Part shown: one piece after another, positions 44,004 to 54,204 of the stretch
Layout: each line of letters starts with the position of its first letter
Numbering within the stretch: position 1 is the first letter of the stretch
Virus record (IMG/VR): IMGVR_UViG_3300034021_000712
Location: 1 to 56,674 of that record
From: a virus
Lineage: Duplodnaviria; Caudoviricetes
Length of the DNA: 56,674 bases
Strand: one strand, 5' to 3'
Position numbers and translations under genes: made by a program
Notes under the pieces: model-generated
The model's database searches: none
What the model was told of the DNA's origin: nothing
What the model saw: the letters and a program-made list of their open reading frames with translations, nothing else

Positions 44004-47000
44004 TTATACTGGTAATACCATTGGTGACGCTGGGGCATAAGTCACAGTTACATTACTACCTGTATTATGTATGATTGGTTGCTCGACTAAAACAGTTCGT
44101 GTTGTGGCAATCATATCAGTTTCTGATAATTTTCTAGATGCCCTCTCTTCACTAGATTGTGTTAGTGTAGATGCCTTTTTATTTGGCATTGTAGTTGGTG
44201 TAACTGCAGGGCGAGAACTTGATTTTTGTGGTTCAATTTTTGATGCTACAGGTTCAACTGATGGTGAAACTCCAAATGCTTTCCCAAGATTTTCCACTAA
44301 TTTTTCAATCTCAGAATCCAATTGCTGTTCTGGAGTCATCGATGGCGCACTAGTTCCTCCAGGAGAACTTTCTCCACCCTCAACACTTTCAGTATATGCT
44401 CCAGTTCTTTGTGCTCCTAACTGAGCAGCAACCCACATCTCATGATATTTTGGCTGAGCATCTAAGTGAACGTGAACTGCACCGCCAGGCTTATTTCCCT
44501 GATAACCAATAACTGTATTTTTACTTACAGACTGACCAGGCTTTACCGAAATTCTATCGAAGTGATGGAATTGCATTCTCTCAACACCATTTCGGTCTGC
44601 TAATACAATAGTATATCCAGACGCACTTATGACTTTTCCATCTATTCCAGCTACAACTGGAGCACCTCTATCTAAAGCAGGATTGCTAAAGTCTCTGACA
44701 ATTACATAATCTCTAGGTGGTCCGTGCTTTCTTTGATTATAACCATGACTATCTGGCTTGTTGTGGTGTAAAGCAAAATTAGCAAAAGATGAATTTGGAT
44801 TTAATCTCTTATCTGCAACTGCTCCATTGGTGCTTAATAATCCACCTTTAGCCATTTCTTTTAAATTTTCTTCCACTCTTTCATACCAACCAATAGATGG
44901 TTCTCCCATGCCAACTGGATATTTTCTTACTTTACCACCAACAGCATAACGGTCTCTGAACCAGTTGCCACCATCAGGTCTACTTCTTGCCCCTGCATGT
45001 TTATATCCTAAAAAGTATTGAGCACCACCTACAAACTTTTTAGCATTTTGTGCCAGAGGCCCATTACTTTCAAAATCGGCAAGAACTCTAGCAGCAACTG
45101 ATGGATTTCCTGCACCAAAGCGTTTTGTTAATTGTTGTATCCCATCTGGCTTTGAGGCTAATTCAAATATTTCTTTTTTAGTTAATTTTAAACCACCATA
45201 TTTTCCTTGCGCATTTTCATCTTCACTAGATCCATAAAGAGCAGCAGAATAAGGAGTGAATTGCTCTCTAGCAGTTATAACTGCCGCAATCCCCCCACTT
45301 TGTTTTGCTGCTCTATTTAAAATGACTTGATAGACATCTGCAACATGTTGAGGTGCGGTTGCTTCTAATGTTGCTAAATGCGCTGCTGCTCTTTTATCTG
45401 CAGAAGAAGCTTTAATAGCTTGGATTTCAGCAGGTGTTAATGTTGGATCTGCAGTTGGTTGAGTAGGTGCTGCTCCAGCTCCACTTCCAGCTCCACCTTT
45501 ATATGAAGGTAAATCTTCAATGATACGCATCAATGTATTCTTTATGTCTCCACTGACAATAGAAACCAGTCTATCATCTCCAGCATCAGAACTCATTGAT
45601 AGATCAATAGTTCCACTTCTAGCCGATGAAGGCAATCCTCCAGACACCTTCGTTGCTATTGTTCTTCCACCAAAGGTATTAGATAGTCTACCAACATCAG
45701 AAGTTAAATTGGATGCAACTAGTTGACCAACATAACCGAATGATCTAAATGCTCCCGTAACAGAACTGAGTATACCTTGACCTATGTTAATTAAAGTTAG
45801 TTCTTCTGGAGAATATGATTCAGCAAAGGCTCCACCTTTTGCCATTTCGACTGCACCACCTGCAGCTTTACCCATGCCATCAAAATCAGTCAAGCCAAAG
45901 GTTAAAGTATCTAAGTAACCCAATGCAACACTCTTGGGATCTTTAAGCCTACCAAGCTGCTTCATCATCCACTGGAATCCACCCACTGCTTTCTTCCAAA
46001 GCCCACCATAGAACCACTTATATAAATTCATTATCTTGGATCCAGATGCTGATAGAACCTCTGCAATTCTACCAAAAGCAGACATCAATCTATTAAAATA
46101 CTGCCCATATTCTTCCGCAATGCCACCAACTGACATTTGAAGAAATTTACCAATCATTGAGAAGTATCTTCCGATTGGAGCAAAGATAGGCTCCATCAAA
46201 GGAACAAATTCCTTTCCTATGAACTCACCTAAAAAGCTACCGATTGCAGATCCAACAATAGGTCCGAGTGGTCCTAGAAATGGCAATAAGGCTCCACCAG
46301 CTACTGCTCCAGCAATACCTCCAGCAGCGGATCCAATTCCAGCACCAACTGCAGATGATGCCCTTTCACCCTCTGCCAATCCAGTAACTGCTCTGTTAAC
46401 GCCACCAAAAACAGACATTACTCCACCACCAATCTTGGCAAACTTCATTGCCTTTGGTGTTCCAAGAAAATCTATTCCACTTTGACCTAATTTAGATAAT
46501 CCTCTTCCTGCTTTAACTTTTGCTATTCTACCACGTTGTCTTAGCTTGGAAAGTCTTCCCTTTTTCCTCGAATGATATTGCCCTTGAAATCTTGCATCAA
46601 TTGCATCTTGATATAACGAGGATTCAAAGCCCTTGCCAGCTCTCTTGGCTCTTTTTTTATCTGCTCTTTGTGCAGATTTTTTTATAGCATCATACTCTTC
46701 TTTTGAATAAATTCTACCCGTATCTTTGTCTCTGTATCCAGTCTTTCGTAGTTCAATCTGAGCTTCAGTTTCTTTCTTTAACTTACCAAAGTCAGAGAAT
46801 GTTTTTAAAATAAAATTGGCATCTGTTAAAATTTTCCAAGGCATCAGAAGATACTGAGCCCCTTTGAGTGCAGCTACTCCAACTAATATTTCTACAGCAC
46901 CAATAAGGAATCTGAAAGTTCTAGCTAGAGCGTTCTCTTTAAAGCTACCAACAGTGTTAGCAACACCATCCATCACTTTACCAATGCCGAATGATGTAAC

Positions 47001-47537
47001 TTTATAAGCAAACTTAGCCAGACTGTATAATGTCTTTACTGCACCGTTTAGCTGACCAGAATCTGCTTTTGCTATCCAATTTAATGCATTGTAAAGCAGA
47101 AATCCCTTTACAATAGGCTCTAGAAATTTACCAATAGAAGTCAAAAGTTGTTCTAAAAACCCTAACTTCTTTCCTTCTTTTTTTAAGGCTTCTTTTGTTC
47201 CTTCTTCTACAGATCTATCCCCAAGCTTTTCTGTTTTCTCTTCCGATCTTCTATCTCTGAGAAAATTTTCAAGCTTTTTCTTTACCTTTTCGGCTAGAGA
47301 TTCTTGATTCTGTTTGTTTTTATCTTTCTTTTCTAATTTTGTTGTGGTTCTTTTTGTGTAAGAATCCAACCAATTATTCTGGAATTCAATTAGAATTCCA
47401 ATTTCTCTAAGGTTCTTTCCTACACCTTCAGTTACATGACCAATTCTATTAATAGCTTTGACGTAGGGACGAAAGGGATCGTCAGCATTTGTCTTTACTG
47501 AAATAAAATTTCTTACGTTTAGCGTGGATCCCTTCAT
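44004..47537 (-). CDS. Tape-measure-like protein with cell-wall hydrolase-like and M23 peptidase-like domains
   Basis: LEA...VYQVILNR...VITAREQFTPY (SleB/Hydrolase_2-like); HFDRISVKPGQSV...IGYQG...HVHLD (M23-like). Confidence 0.72.
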   Translation of the reverse strand: MKGSTLNVRNFISVKTNADDPFRPYVKAINRIGHVTEGVGKNLREIGILIEFQNNWLDSYTKRTTTKLEKKDKNKQNQESLAEKVKKKLENFLRDRRSEEKTEKLGDRSVEEGTKEALKKEGKKLGFLEQLLTSIGKFLEPIVKGFLLYNALNWIAKADSGQLNGAVKTLYSLAKFAYKVTSFGIGKVMDGVANTVGSFKENALARTFRFLIGAVEILVGVAALKGAQYLLMPWKILTDANFILKTFSDFGKLKKETEAQIELRKTGYRDKDTGRIYSKEEYDAIKKSAQRADKKRAKRAGKGFESSLYQDAIDARFQGQYHSRKKGRLSKLRQRGRIAKVKAGRGLSKLGQSGIDFLGTPKAMKFAKIGGGVMSVFGGVNRAVTGLAEGERASSAVGAGIGSAAGGIAGAVAGGALLPFLGPLGPIVGSAIGSFLGEFIGKEFVPLMEPIFAPIGRYFSMIGKFLQMSVGGIAEEYGQYFNRLMSAFGRIAEVLSASGSKIMNLYKWFYGGLWKKAVGGFQWMMKQLGRLKDPKSVALGYLDTLTFGLTDFDGMGKAAGGAVEMAKGGAFAESYSPEELTLINIGQGILSSVTGAFRSFGYVGQLVASNLTSDVGRLSNTFGGRTIATKVSGGLPSSARSGTIDLSMSSDAGDDRLVSIVSGDIKNTLMRIIEDLPSYKGGAGSGAGAAPTQPTADPTLTPAEIQAIKASSADKRAAAHLATLEATAPQHVADVYQVILNRAAKQSGGIAAVITAREQFTPYSAALYGSSEDENAQGKYGGLKLTKKEIFELASKPDGIQQLTKRFGAGNPSVAARVLADFESNGPLAQNAKKFVGGAQYFLGYKHAGARSRPDGGNWFRDRYAVGGKVRKYPVGMGEPSIGWYERVEENLKEMAKGGLLSTNGAVADKRLNPNSSFANFALHHNKPDSHGYNQRKHGPPRDYVIVRDFSNPALDRGAPVVAGIDGKVISASGYTIVLADRNGVERMQFHHFDRISVKPGQSVSKNTVIGYQGNKPGGAVHVHLDAQPKYHEMWVAAQLGAQRTGAYTESVEGGESSPGGTSAPSMTPEQQLDSEIEKLVENLGKAFGVSPSVEPVASKIEPQKSSSRPAVTPTTMPNKKASTLTQSSEERASRKLSETDMIATTRTVLVEQPIIHNTGSNVTVTYAPASPMVLPV

Positions 47538-47722
47538 TAAAGTGATGTTCTAGATTCTTGTTGCTTTTGACGACGTTCTTCTTCGGCAAGATAAGCAATC
47601 AATAAATTAACATAGATATCACGTTCCCAAGGTATCATATTTTCTAGTTCGGTTAAACTATACTTATGATGCTGCATTAATGCAAAATTCGTTTTGTAAT
47701 AATTCATCAACGAATCATGCAT
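47537..47722 (-). CDS. gp51: Baseplate hub assembly protein gp51
   Basis: YYKTNFALMQHHKYSLTELENMIPWERDIY. Confidence 0.85.
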   Translation of the reverse strand: MHDSLMNYYKTNFALMQHHKYSLTELENMIPWERDIYVNLLIAYLAEEERRQKQQESRTSL

Positions 47723-47727
47723 TAATC

Positions 47728-48432
47728 CTATCCGAAAAAAGCTGCTAATCCCTCCAATACAATTTCACTTTCAACTTCAGTGTTTGGATTGGTAACTTTC
47801 AATGTATATGAAAGTTTTGGCATTGTTTCGAAGAATTTCTGGATCAATTGGAATTGCTCCGAATCCATACTTTCAATAAATTCAATTGCTTCCTTTTTCG
47901 TAAATGAATCATAGACTTGCTCATCATCATAAACATTTTCAATACAAGTTGCAGCCAATTCAAAGATATCATCCATCTTAGGATTATCCTTCAAATTATT
48001 GCTAATGAATACATCAATTGAAGGATACTTCATAACAACTCCAACTTTATCATCAATTTGAATTTTGTTGCTATGCCCTTCGGGAACTTGCAGGTCTATC
48101 TCTTCTAGGGGAACTTTAATTTCAACTTTTGTTTCATTGTCATCTGGGCAGGTGACCATAAATTCACTATATTCGCCCACGGCTTTTGATCTAATCTTGA
48201 GGAATAGATATTCAATTTCAAATGTTGCTAGCTCTTCAACTTTTGCCTTTAAATTAGTGCAGCTTTTAATAATAGTTTTAACTGCATTCACCATTTCCTT
48301 TTCATCTTGAGATTCCATAGCCAAATAAAGAAGCTTCTCTTCTCTCACAAGAAATGGGCGATACTTAACTCTAGTATTTTTAATTGGTAATGTCAGTTCA
48401 TACTCAGGAACCGATAATTTAGGTAATGTCAT
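47728..48432 (-). CDS. gp26: Baseplate hub subunit gp26
   Basis: MTLPKL..PEY.LTLP, YRPFLVREEK, EYLFLKIRSK.VGE, FFETMPKL. Confidence 0.92.
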   Translation of the reverse strand: MTLPKLSVPEYELTLPIKNTRVKYRPFLVREEKLLYLAMESQDEKEMVNAVKTIIKSCTNLKAKVEELATFEIEYLFLKIRSKAVGEYSEFMVTCPDDNETKVEIKVPLEEIDLQVPEGHSNKIQIDDKVGVVMKYPSIDVFISNNLKDNPKMDDIFELAATCIENVYDDEQVYDSFTKKEAIEFIESMDSEQFQLIQKFFETMPKLSYTLKVTNPNTEVESEIVLEGLAAFFG

Positions 48433-48462
48433 ACAAAAGTATACTGTAAGTTATATTTTTAT

Positions 48463-49197
48463 TTAGACGCCATATTGCATGTCGCTTATAGAATTTCTAC
48501 CAAATACATTAATTTCACCAGTAGTTTCTCCCCAATCGAGATCATCAAATCTATATCTCTCAAAGTAGAAAGATACATCCAATTTCATCAATGATGTTTC
48601 GCTATTATTAAAAGACATGGCGCCAACATTAAATGGGAACGCATTGACAAGATGCCATATTCCACTTGGTTTGTTATATCTGATAAACTTATTTTTAGAG
48701 GAATCTCGATGAACAATATCACTACCGAGTTCCCACTTTTTAATTAGAATATCTGAAGTGTATTGATCGTATAATGCAACTCTATTTTCTGCATCAGATG
48801 CAGAATAATTCATCCATCTTTCAAATATAGTTCGATGAAATAAATTTTTAGTTACTAGGAACGAAATGCTAATTTCACTAAATGTTGTTCCCGTGGCATA
48901 TCTGCGCATAGAACCAACAGTCTTAACTTCTCCTGTTGTTATCTGTCTACTTGGAACAGTTACATCATCTGCAAAATAATTCATCCCTTCAGCAAAAAAT
49001 CTCGCCTTACCATAATCAGCTCTCATGGTATCAGAAGCTGCATTGATATTAGATGGATTTAATACTTTAGATAGTAAAACTTTCGGAGGAACAATTTCTA
49101 CAGAATATAAATTAGAACGAGCTGGTTCCCAGCCACCCTTTCCAGAAGCAACTAACTCTCTAAATTTCTTAAAATCATTTGGATTGTTGATTGCCAT
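48463..49197 (-). CDS. Tail-tube initiator-like protein (gp54/gp19 fold)
   Basis: PARSNLY.V, VTVPSRQI, FERW, L.NAFP..V, V.F.FE. Confidence 0.7.
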   Translation of the reverse strand: MAINNPNDFKKFRELVASGKGGWEPARSNLYSVEIVPPKVLLSKVLNPSNINAASDTMRADYGKARFFAEGMNYFADDVTVPSRQITTGEVKTVGSMRRYATGTTFSEISISFLVTKNLFHRTIFERWMNYSASDAENRVALYDQYTSDILIKKWELGSDIVHRDSSKNKFIRYNKPSGIWHLVNAFPFNVGAMSFNNSETSLMKLDVSFYFERYRFDDLDWGETTGEINVFGRNSISDMQYGV

Positions 49198-49677
49198 TTA
49201 TGGTCTGCTCCAAACAAAGCTACTAGGAAGGGTCATATATTTTCCGTTTACATTTGTCACAAACTCCTCTACAGGAAGTTTACCAATATCTCCCCACTCT
49301 GGCTCTGGAACAGAGAATAATCCAGAAGTGTTATCTATAATATATTTATGGTGCATTCTTGGTGGATAATCTTCAGTTCCACTCTGAAACATTTTACCCA
49401 AAGTAACTCTCAATACTGGTCTAACATAATGTAAATTACCTCCAGTAAAATGACCAGTAGCATACGAAACTGATGTGACATAGACTAAGGGATAGCGATC
49501 CCAATACTCTAATTCATCGCCAAACTTAGCTCCGTAAGAAAAGAAATACATTCTTCCAACCTGAGGATAACCATCTATCGGATCCAAGGAAGAAAATAAT
49601 TGAGATCTATACCAATTTTTACTTTTCCTTCTACCCTCCGTTTTTAACTTTATTTGCTCATACAGTGTTTGTCTCAT
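49198..49677 (-). CDS. gp2: DNA end protector gp2-like protein
   Basis: GRMYFFSY.AK...YWDRYPLV, G.NLHY..P..R, HKY, LPVEEF. Confidence 0.82.
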   Translation of the reverse strand: MRQTLYEQIKLKTEGRRKSKNWYRSQLFSSLDPIDGYPQVGRMYFFSYGAKFGDELEYWDRYPLVYVTSVSYATGHFTGGNLHYVRPVLRVTLGKMFQSGTEDYPPRMHHKYIIDNTSGLFSVPEPEWGDIGKLPVEEFVTNVNGKYMTLPSSFVWSRP

Positions 49678-50108
49678 ATCTTAAGCTCGTGTTCTGTAAG
49701 GATTAGAAATTTCATCATTCTATCTTCACAGTATTCTCTAGCTGCTTTCCATTTTGCTTGGTTGACAGCATAAGTTTTAACTTCAGTTAGGTATTTTTTA
49801 GTCATTTTTTTCTGTCGTTTTGGCTCATCTACCTGACTTTTTGGTTTAACTTCAACAATATACTTTTCAATCGTTCCTGATTTAGTTTTTGCTTTTACAT
49901 AAAAATCAGGAAAGTATCTATGAGGTCTACCATCTACTGGATGAATATAAGGTATTACAATTTCTTCAGATCCCCATTCTAATACATTTTCATTAATATC
50001 ACACCAAACCATGAACTTTCTTTCCCACAAACTACGATAAATAATGTTTGTAGGATCTCCTCTATATTTTAATGGGTTTGAAGGTCTGTATCTTCCAGAA
50101 TAACTCAT
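49674..50108 (-). CDS. gp4: Head completion nuclease gp4
   Basis: YSGRYRPSNP.KY.GD...IIYRSLWE, WGSEE, RYFPDF, EVKP, NQAKW.AA, ILTE. Confidence 0.95.
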   Translation of the reverse strand: MSYSGRYRPSNPLKYRGDPTNIIYRSLWERKFMVWCDINENVLEWGSEEIVIPYIHPVDGRPHRYFPDFYVKAKTKSGTIEKYIVEVKPKSQVDEPKRQKKMTKKYLTEVKTYAVNQAKWKAAREYCEDRMMKFLILTEHELKI

Positions 50109-51249
50109 GAGCACAAAAACTCCCTCTAGATATATATTTCCACAAATCCCACCAAAAACACCAAATCCTGTTGCGAGTGGGGTTACTGGTATTGGGAAAG
50201 ATTCTGCATTTGCAAATCAAGTTCAAGACTACCTGAAAATAACAATATATGATGCAGAAAGCTCAAATCCATATAATTATATAACACAGACCAATCCCAC
50301 TGAAGGAACAACCAGTGGTATTAGAGGATCGACATTAAATAGTTCTCCTCAAGCAGCAAACAAAGGAGACACAGAAACTATAAAATCCAGAATATACCTC
50401 TATCTTCCTGGATCATTACAAGAGAATTACTCAGTCAATTATGCAGACAACGACTTAGGAGCATTAGGTGTTGGTGCATTAAATGCTGCTGGATCTTTAA
50501 TGGCAGGTAATACTGATATTGCAGCAACTCTAAAATCTACTGCGGAGGGAATGAAACCTGAAGTAGCCCTTAACGCAATTGCATCTGGCATTAGTGGTAT
50601 TGGCAATATATTTGGAACTGGGGGTCAAGTATCCGCAAATGCAATTGCAGCATTAACTAGAAAAAAAATTATGAATCCTTATCGTGAAACAACTTTCAAT
50701 GGAGTTGATAATAGGGTTCATAATTTTTCATTTAAGTTATCACCTAGGAATGCTCAAGAAGTTATGGTGATTAGAAGTATCATCCAAACTTTAAGAACAT
50801 CGATGCTTCCTGGTATTAGTGGTGGTGGATTAAATCCAAATGACGATACCCAAACTGCCAATGCCAAAAATGAAGTAAACATCGACACTCAACGTGGGGA
50901 TAGATGGTTGACAATTCCAGACTTTATGAAATTGGAAATTGTCAGATATAAATCCAATTCCGTGGGTGAAGGAGATGAACTATACAGTTCAACAAGCAGA
51001 AAAAATTCCAGTGTTCTTAGAAGCATTATGACGTTTCCCGTCAAAATGGTTCTAACAAATTTCAATATCAATTTAACACCAGATGGTGTTTACAATTCAC
51101 TATTTGATGTAACATCTTCAGAGGATGGAACAAGAAGTGGCGAAAGTAGAGCTGGTTGGTATGATGATTTAGGTCCAGTATCATATCAAATCGATTTAAC
51201 ATTCAAAGAAACTGCTATCTTAACAAGAGAATCATTCACTCCAAAATAA
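50107..51249 (+). CDS. gp48: Baseplate tail-tube cap gp48
   Basis: IYLYLP, NPY.ETTF.GV..R.HNFSFKLSPRN..E, LTFKET; synteny gp4-gp48-gp53. Confidence 0.85.
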   Translation: MSTKTPSRYIFPQIPPKTPNPVASGVTGIGKDSAFANQVQDYLKITIYDAESSNPYNYITQTNPTEGTTSGIRGSTLNSSPQAANKGDTETIKSRIYLYLPGSLQENYSVNYADNDLGALGVGALNAAGSLMAGNTDIAATLKSTAEGMKPEVALNAIASGISGIGNIFGTGGQVSANAIAALTRKKIMNPYRETTFNGVDNRVHNFSFKLSPRNAQEVMVIRSIIQTLRTSMLPGISGGGLNPNDDTQTANAKNEVNIDTQRGDRWLTIPDFMKLEIVRYKSNSVGEGDELYSSTSRKNSSVLRSIMTFPVKMVLTNFNINLTPDGVYNSLFDVTSSEDGTRSGESRAGWYDDLGPVSYQIDLTFKETAILTRESFTPK

Positions 51250-51969
51250 ATGGCAAACTATTTCAAATATCTACCAAACGTTTATGTTAGGAAAGCAGAT
51301 CCTAATGTAGACCAATTTGTTCTTACTAAAAATTTCTTTAGAAGAATCAAAATCAAAGAAGAGACTAGAAATTTTGCTTTAGGTTTTACTCAGTATTCAA
51401 TTCAGGAAGGAGAAAGACCAGATACTCTTGCACAAAAGTTCTATGGTGATTCTACATTAGATTGGGTGATATTAATTTGCAATAATATCATAAATGTATA
51501 TTCAGATTGGCCTCTGACAAGAGAAGAATTAGTTCCATTTGTAGAATCAAAATATGGTGATTTAGATGGTATCCACCACTACGAAACATTAGAAATAAAA
51601 GATACTAAAGGTCAGGTATTACTTCCAGCAGGTATTACTGTCAAAGAAAACTTTATATATACCAGATCAGATGGAACTATAGTTCCCACATCACAATCTA
51701 TAATAGCAATCTCAAATTATGAATATGAAGCCAATATTAACGAAGAAAAAAGAAATATCTATTTACTAAAGAGTGGTTATATCAATGAATTTGTAGATGA
51801 ATTTAAGGCACTAACAGAATACTTGCCAAATGATGAATTAAACGAATTCGATATCAAACAAACAAAAACAAAAGTGATTAATCAGAATAACAAATATAAT
51901 TACGATAAATTGATTCCATATACTGCACCAAATATCGTAAAGAATGAAAGTTTAGGTGGTCTTTCATAA
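51250..51969 (+). CDS. gp53: Baseplate wedge protein gp53
   Basis: YFKYLPN, GERPDTLA..FYGD..LDWVIL..NNI.N...WP, HHYET. Confidence 0.92.
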   Translation: MANYFKYLPNVYVRKADPNVDQFVLTKNFFRRIKIKEETRNFALGFTQYSIQEGERPDTLAQKFYGDSTLDWVILICNNIINVYSDWPLTREELVPFVESKYGDLDGIHHYETLEIKDTKGQVLLPAGITVKENFIYTRSDGTIVPTSQSIIAISNYEYEANINEEKRNIYLLKSGYINEFVDEFKALTEYLPNDELNEFDIKQTKTKVINQNNKYNYDKLIPYTAPNIVKNESLGGLS

Positions 51970-51983
51970 AAACCCTACAGACC

Positions 51984-52014
51984 AAAAAAATACCCGCGAT
52001 TTTTGCGCGGGTAT
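51984..52014 (-). terminator. Rho-independent terminator for gp32 (between convergent genes)
   Basis: ATACCCGCG/CGCGGGTAT stem with a U-tract on the minus strand. Confidence 0.8.
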
Positions 52015-52040
52015 CGGGGAATTGAAAGTTCAATTTGGTT

Positions 52041-52958
52041 TCAGTCTTCTTCTGCAAGACGAGCAAAGTAACTCAGATTGTCATCATCTTCCTCAACTTC
52101 TCTAGAAACTGTAGCTTGTGTTTCTCGGAAGTTGTTAACTTCTTCTGCCCAATCGGATTGAGGTTGGGGTTCGTAACTATATTCTTCGTCTTCTTGAGTT
52201 TCACGATCAACTCGTCGAGCTTGCGACTTTCCAAGAACGATATTAAGACGCTCCTGAAGCTGTTCGTAGGTCTTGAAGTTGCTCTCATCGGTAAACTCTT
52301 TCAGTGAATATTCTTTCTTCCAAATCGACTCCAGTTCTTCATCAGAAAGATCATTCAACACTGATGGAGAAGAAAACTCTGACTTATCGTAGTTCCAATA
52401 GCCATCTTTTTTAACAATTTTCAGTTTGAAATCTGCACCTTTCCAGAAGTCAAAGACGTTAATTGGCTGTTCATCTTCAAATTGAGGTTGCGATTTCTCT
52501 GCAATTTTATCCCAGATTTTTTTACCATACTTAAAGAGGAAAATCTTTCCTTCATTTTCTGGATGCAGAGGATCTTTGATTACATAAATGTTGCTGTAAT
52601 ATGAAAGCTTTCGCTTTTGCTTTCGTGCAACTTCTTTATCAGAATCAATACCACTATTCCAAAGTGTACGATTAAGTTCACCGACAGGATCTTTCTTGTT
52701 GAGAGTAGTCAGGCTATTCTCAATATACCAGCCACCAGTGCCCTGGAAGGCGTGACTCCACACTTGAGCCCAAGGAAGATCCTCACCATTGGGTTCAGGT
52801 AGAAATCGAATTACTGCGTAACCATTGCTTGACTTGTCTAGTTCTGGCTTCCAGAAGCGTTCGTCAGCACCACCAGAAGGATTTTGAAGCTTTTCAATCT
52901 CTTTGGTTAGGCGATCGAATGCAGAACCAGAAGACTTTTTAAGATCAGCAAAAGACAT
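52041..52958 (-). CDS. gp32: Single-stranded DNA-binding protein gp32
   Basis: DERFWKP, NGYAVIRFLP, WYIENSLTTL, KYGKKI, NYDKSEF, acidic tail YFARLAEED. Confidence 0.97.
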   Translation of the reverse strand: MSFADLKKSSGSAFDRLTKEIEKLQNPSGGADERFWKPELDKSSNGYAVIRFLPEPNGEDLPWAQVWSHAFQGTGGWYIENSLTTLNKKDPVGELNRTLWNSGIDSDKEVARKQKRKLSYYSNIYVIKDPLHPENEGKIFLFKYGKKIWDKIAEKSQPQFEDEQPINVFDFWKGADFKLKIVKKDGYWNYDKSEFSSPSVLNDLSDEELESIWKKEYSLKEFTDESNFKTYEQLQERLNIVLGKSQARRVDRETQEDEEYSYEPQPQSDWAEEVNNFRETQATVSREVEEDDDNLSYFARLAEED

Positions 52959-53003
52959 GTGTGTATTCTCCGTATTTTCGTATTTGGCTTGTTCGCCATT
53001 GAT

Positions 53004-53032
53004 ATAATGGCATACTATTTAGGTGTTGTCAA
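53004..53032 (-). promoter_or_regulatory. Nested early and late promoters of gp32
   Basis: TTGACA-17 nt-CATTAT with CTAAATA in the spacer. Confidence 0.65.
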
Positions 53033-53379
53033 GGGTCTTGTCTGGATTCCGTGATCTCATTTTTCCATTTGATTAGCTTGGCTTCCATCTCGTCTAAAAT
53101 TTGCAGTAGACCTTGACCTGAGAACATCATACTCAATGTGTCGATTCTCGATTTCATATTGACTGCTTCGTTTTCTTCCGCTTGATGTGACATCAACTGC
53201 AGACGAGCATAAAAAACTTTTTGCTTTGAAATTAACTCTAAAGTTTTTTCAATATGTTCTAGTTTTTCTTCAGGATTAAAACTTTGAAGATTTTGACTCA
53301 TTGACAAAAGATCATTATACGATCTTTGCATTTCAATTAGTTCCTCTTGAACTAATTCAGATTTAAAAAAATTATCCAT
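53029..53379 (-). CDS. DUF1825-like protein
   Basis: FFKSELVQEE...KQKVFYARLQL. Confidence 0.75.
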   Translation of the reverse strand: MDNFFKSELVQEELIEMQRSYNDLLSMSQNLQSFNPEEKLEHIEKTLELISKQKVFYARLQLMSHQAEENEAVNMKSRIDTLSMMFSGQGLLQILDEMEAKLIKWKNEITESRQDP

Positions 53380-53962
53380 TAAAAATCTCCCTGACTATTC
53401 TTTTGTATTCATCTTTATCCACTTTAAGAAATGGAGAATACTTCAACACCTTAGTTTTTACTGGTTTTATAACCAAATCATCCTTAATTTTTGGAACAAA
53501 ATTTAATAGTTGATTCAATATAACTAAAGTTTCCAGGGAAACCTCACCAGAAAAATACTTTTTAATAATTTGTGGGTGTGAACTATTGGATTCAAATAAA
53601 CCATCAAAATTTTGATTATATGGTTTAGGAACATCATCTAATACTTTTGTAAATTCTTCTTTAAAGAAATAAGAAAGAGAATTTATTTTTTTCTTCCAGC
53701 TATAATAAACCTTCTCACCTTTTGGTTTTGTGATATCACCTACCCATACATCTTCGGAAATAAAGTTCGACACAAAGTAATCAACTAAGGTATCTTGGTT
53801 ATATTTATTTGCTAACTTTTCGAAAAAGTATTTGTCTTTTCTAGTGTTATACGTTTCTGGTTTAGATTTTATCTTGCCACAATATTTAAAAAAATCATAG
53901 CTAGCACTATTAAAGTGTAGCTTTATAGCAAGATATAATTTATAGCAATCAAACCCTGTCAC
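53372..53962 (-). CDS. gp59: Helicase loader gp59
   Basis: YKLYLAIKLHF...YDFFKY.GK, RKDKYFFEKL, SLETLVI, KYSPFL. Confidence 0.92.
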   Translation of the reverse strand: MTGFDCYKLYLAIKLHFNSASYDFFKYCGKIKSKPETYNTRKDKYFFEKLANKYNQDTLVDYFVSNFISEDVWVGDITKPKGEKVYYSWKKKINSLSYFFKEEFTKVLDDVPKPYNQNFDGLFESNSSHPQIIKKYFSGEVSLETLVILNQLLNFVPKIKDDLVIKPVKTKVLKYSPFLKVDKDEYKRIVREIFNG

Positions 53963-54204
53963 AGATGCAAAATACCCCTAGAAGTTTTTTTCATGTAGTT
54001 CAATTCTTGCGCTAAGAATTTAATCTTATCTTTAAGTGGTTTTGCAATTAGCTTTCCCACAGTATCAATTTCAATGTTATATTCGTCACACACTGAAATT
54101 ATAGCATCAATATAATTAATCAATCCCTTGCCTTCCAAAACTGTCTCTTCAACCAGTTTTGTAAATTTGCTTTGGGTCATGAAATTATTTTCAATACTTT
54201 TCAT
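53959..54204 (-). CDS. gp33: Late transcription coactivator gp33
   Basis: NYIDAI...C....I...KLI.KPLKDKI...AQELNY; probable start 54204. Confidence 0.9.
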   Translation of the reverse strand: MKSIENNFMTQSKFTKLVEETVLEGKGLINYIDAIISVCDEYNIEIDTVGKLIAKPLKDKIKFLAQELNYMKKTSRGILHL

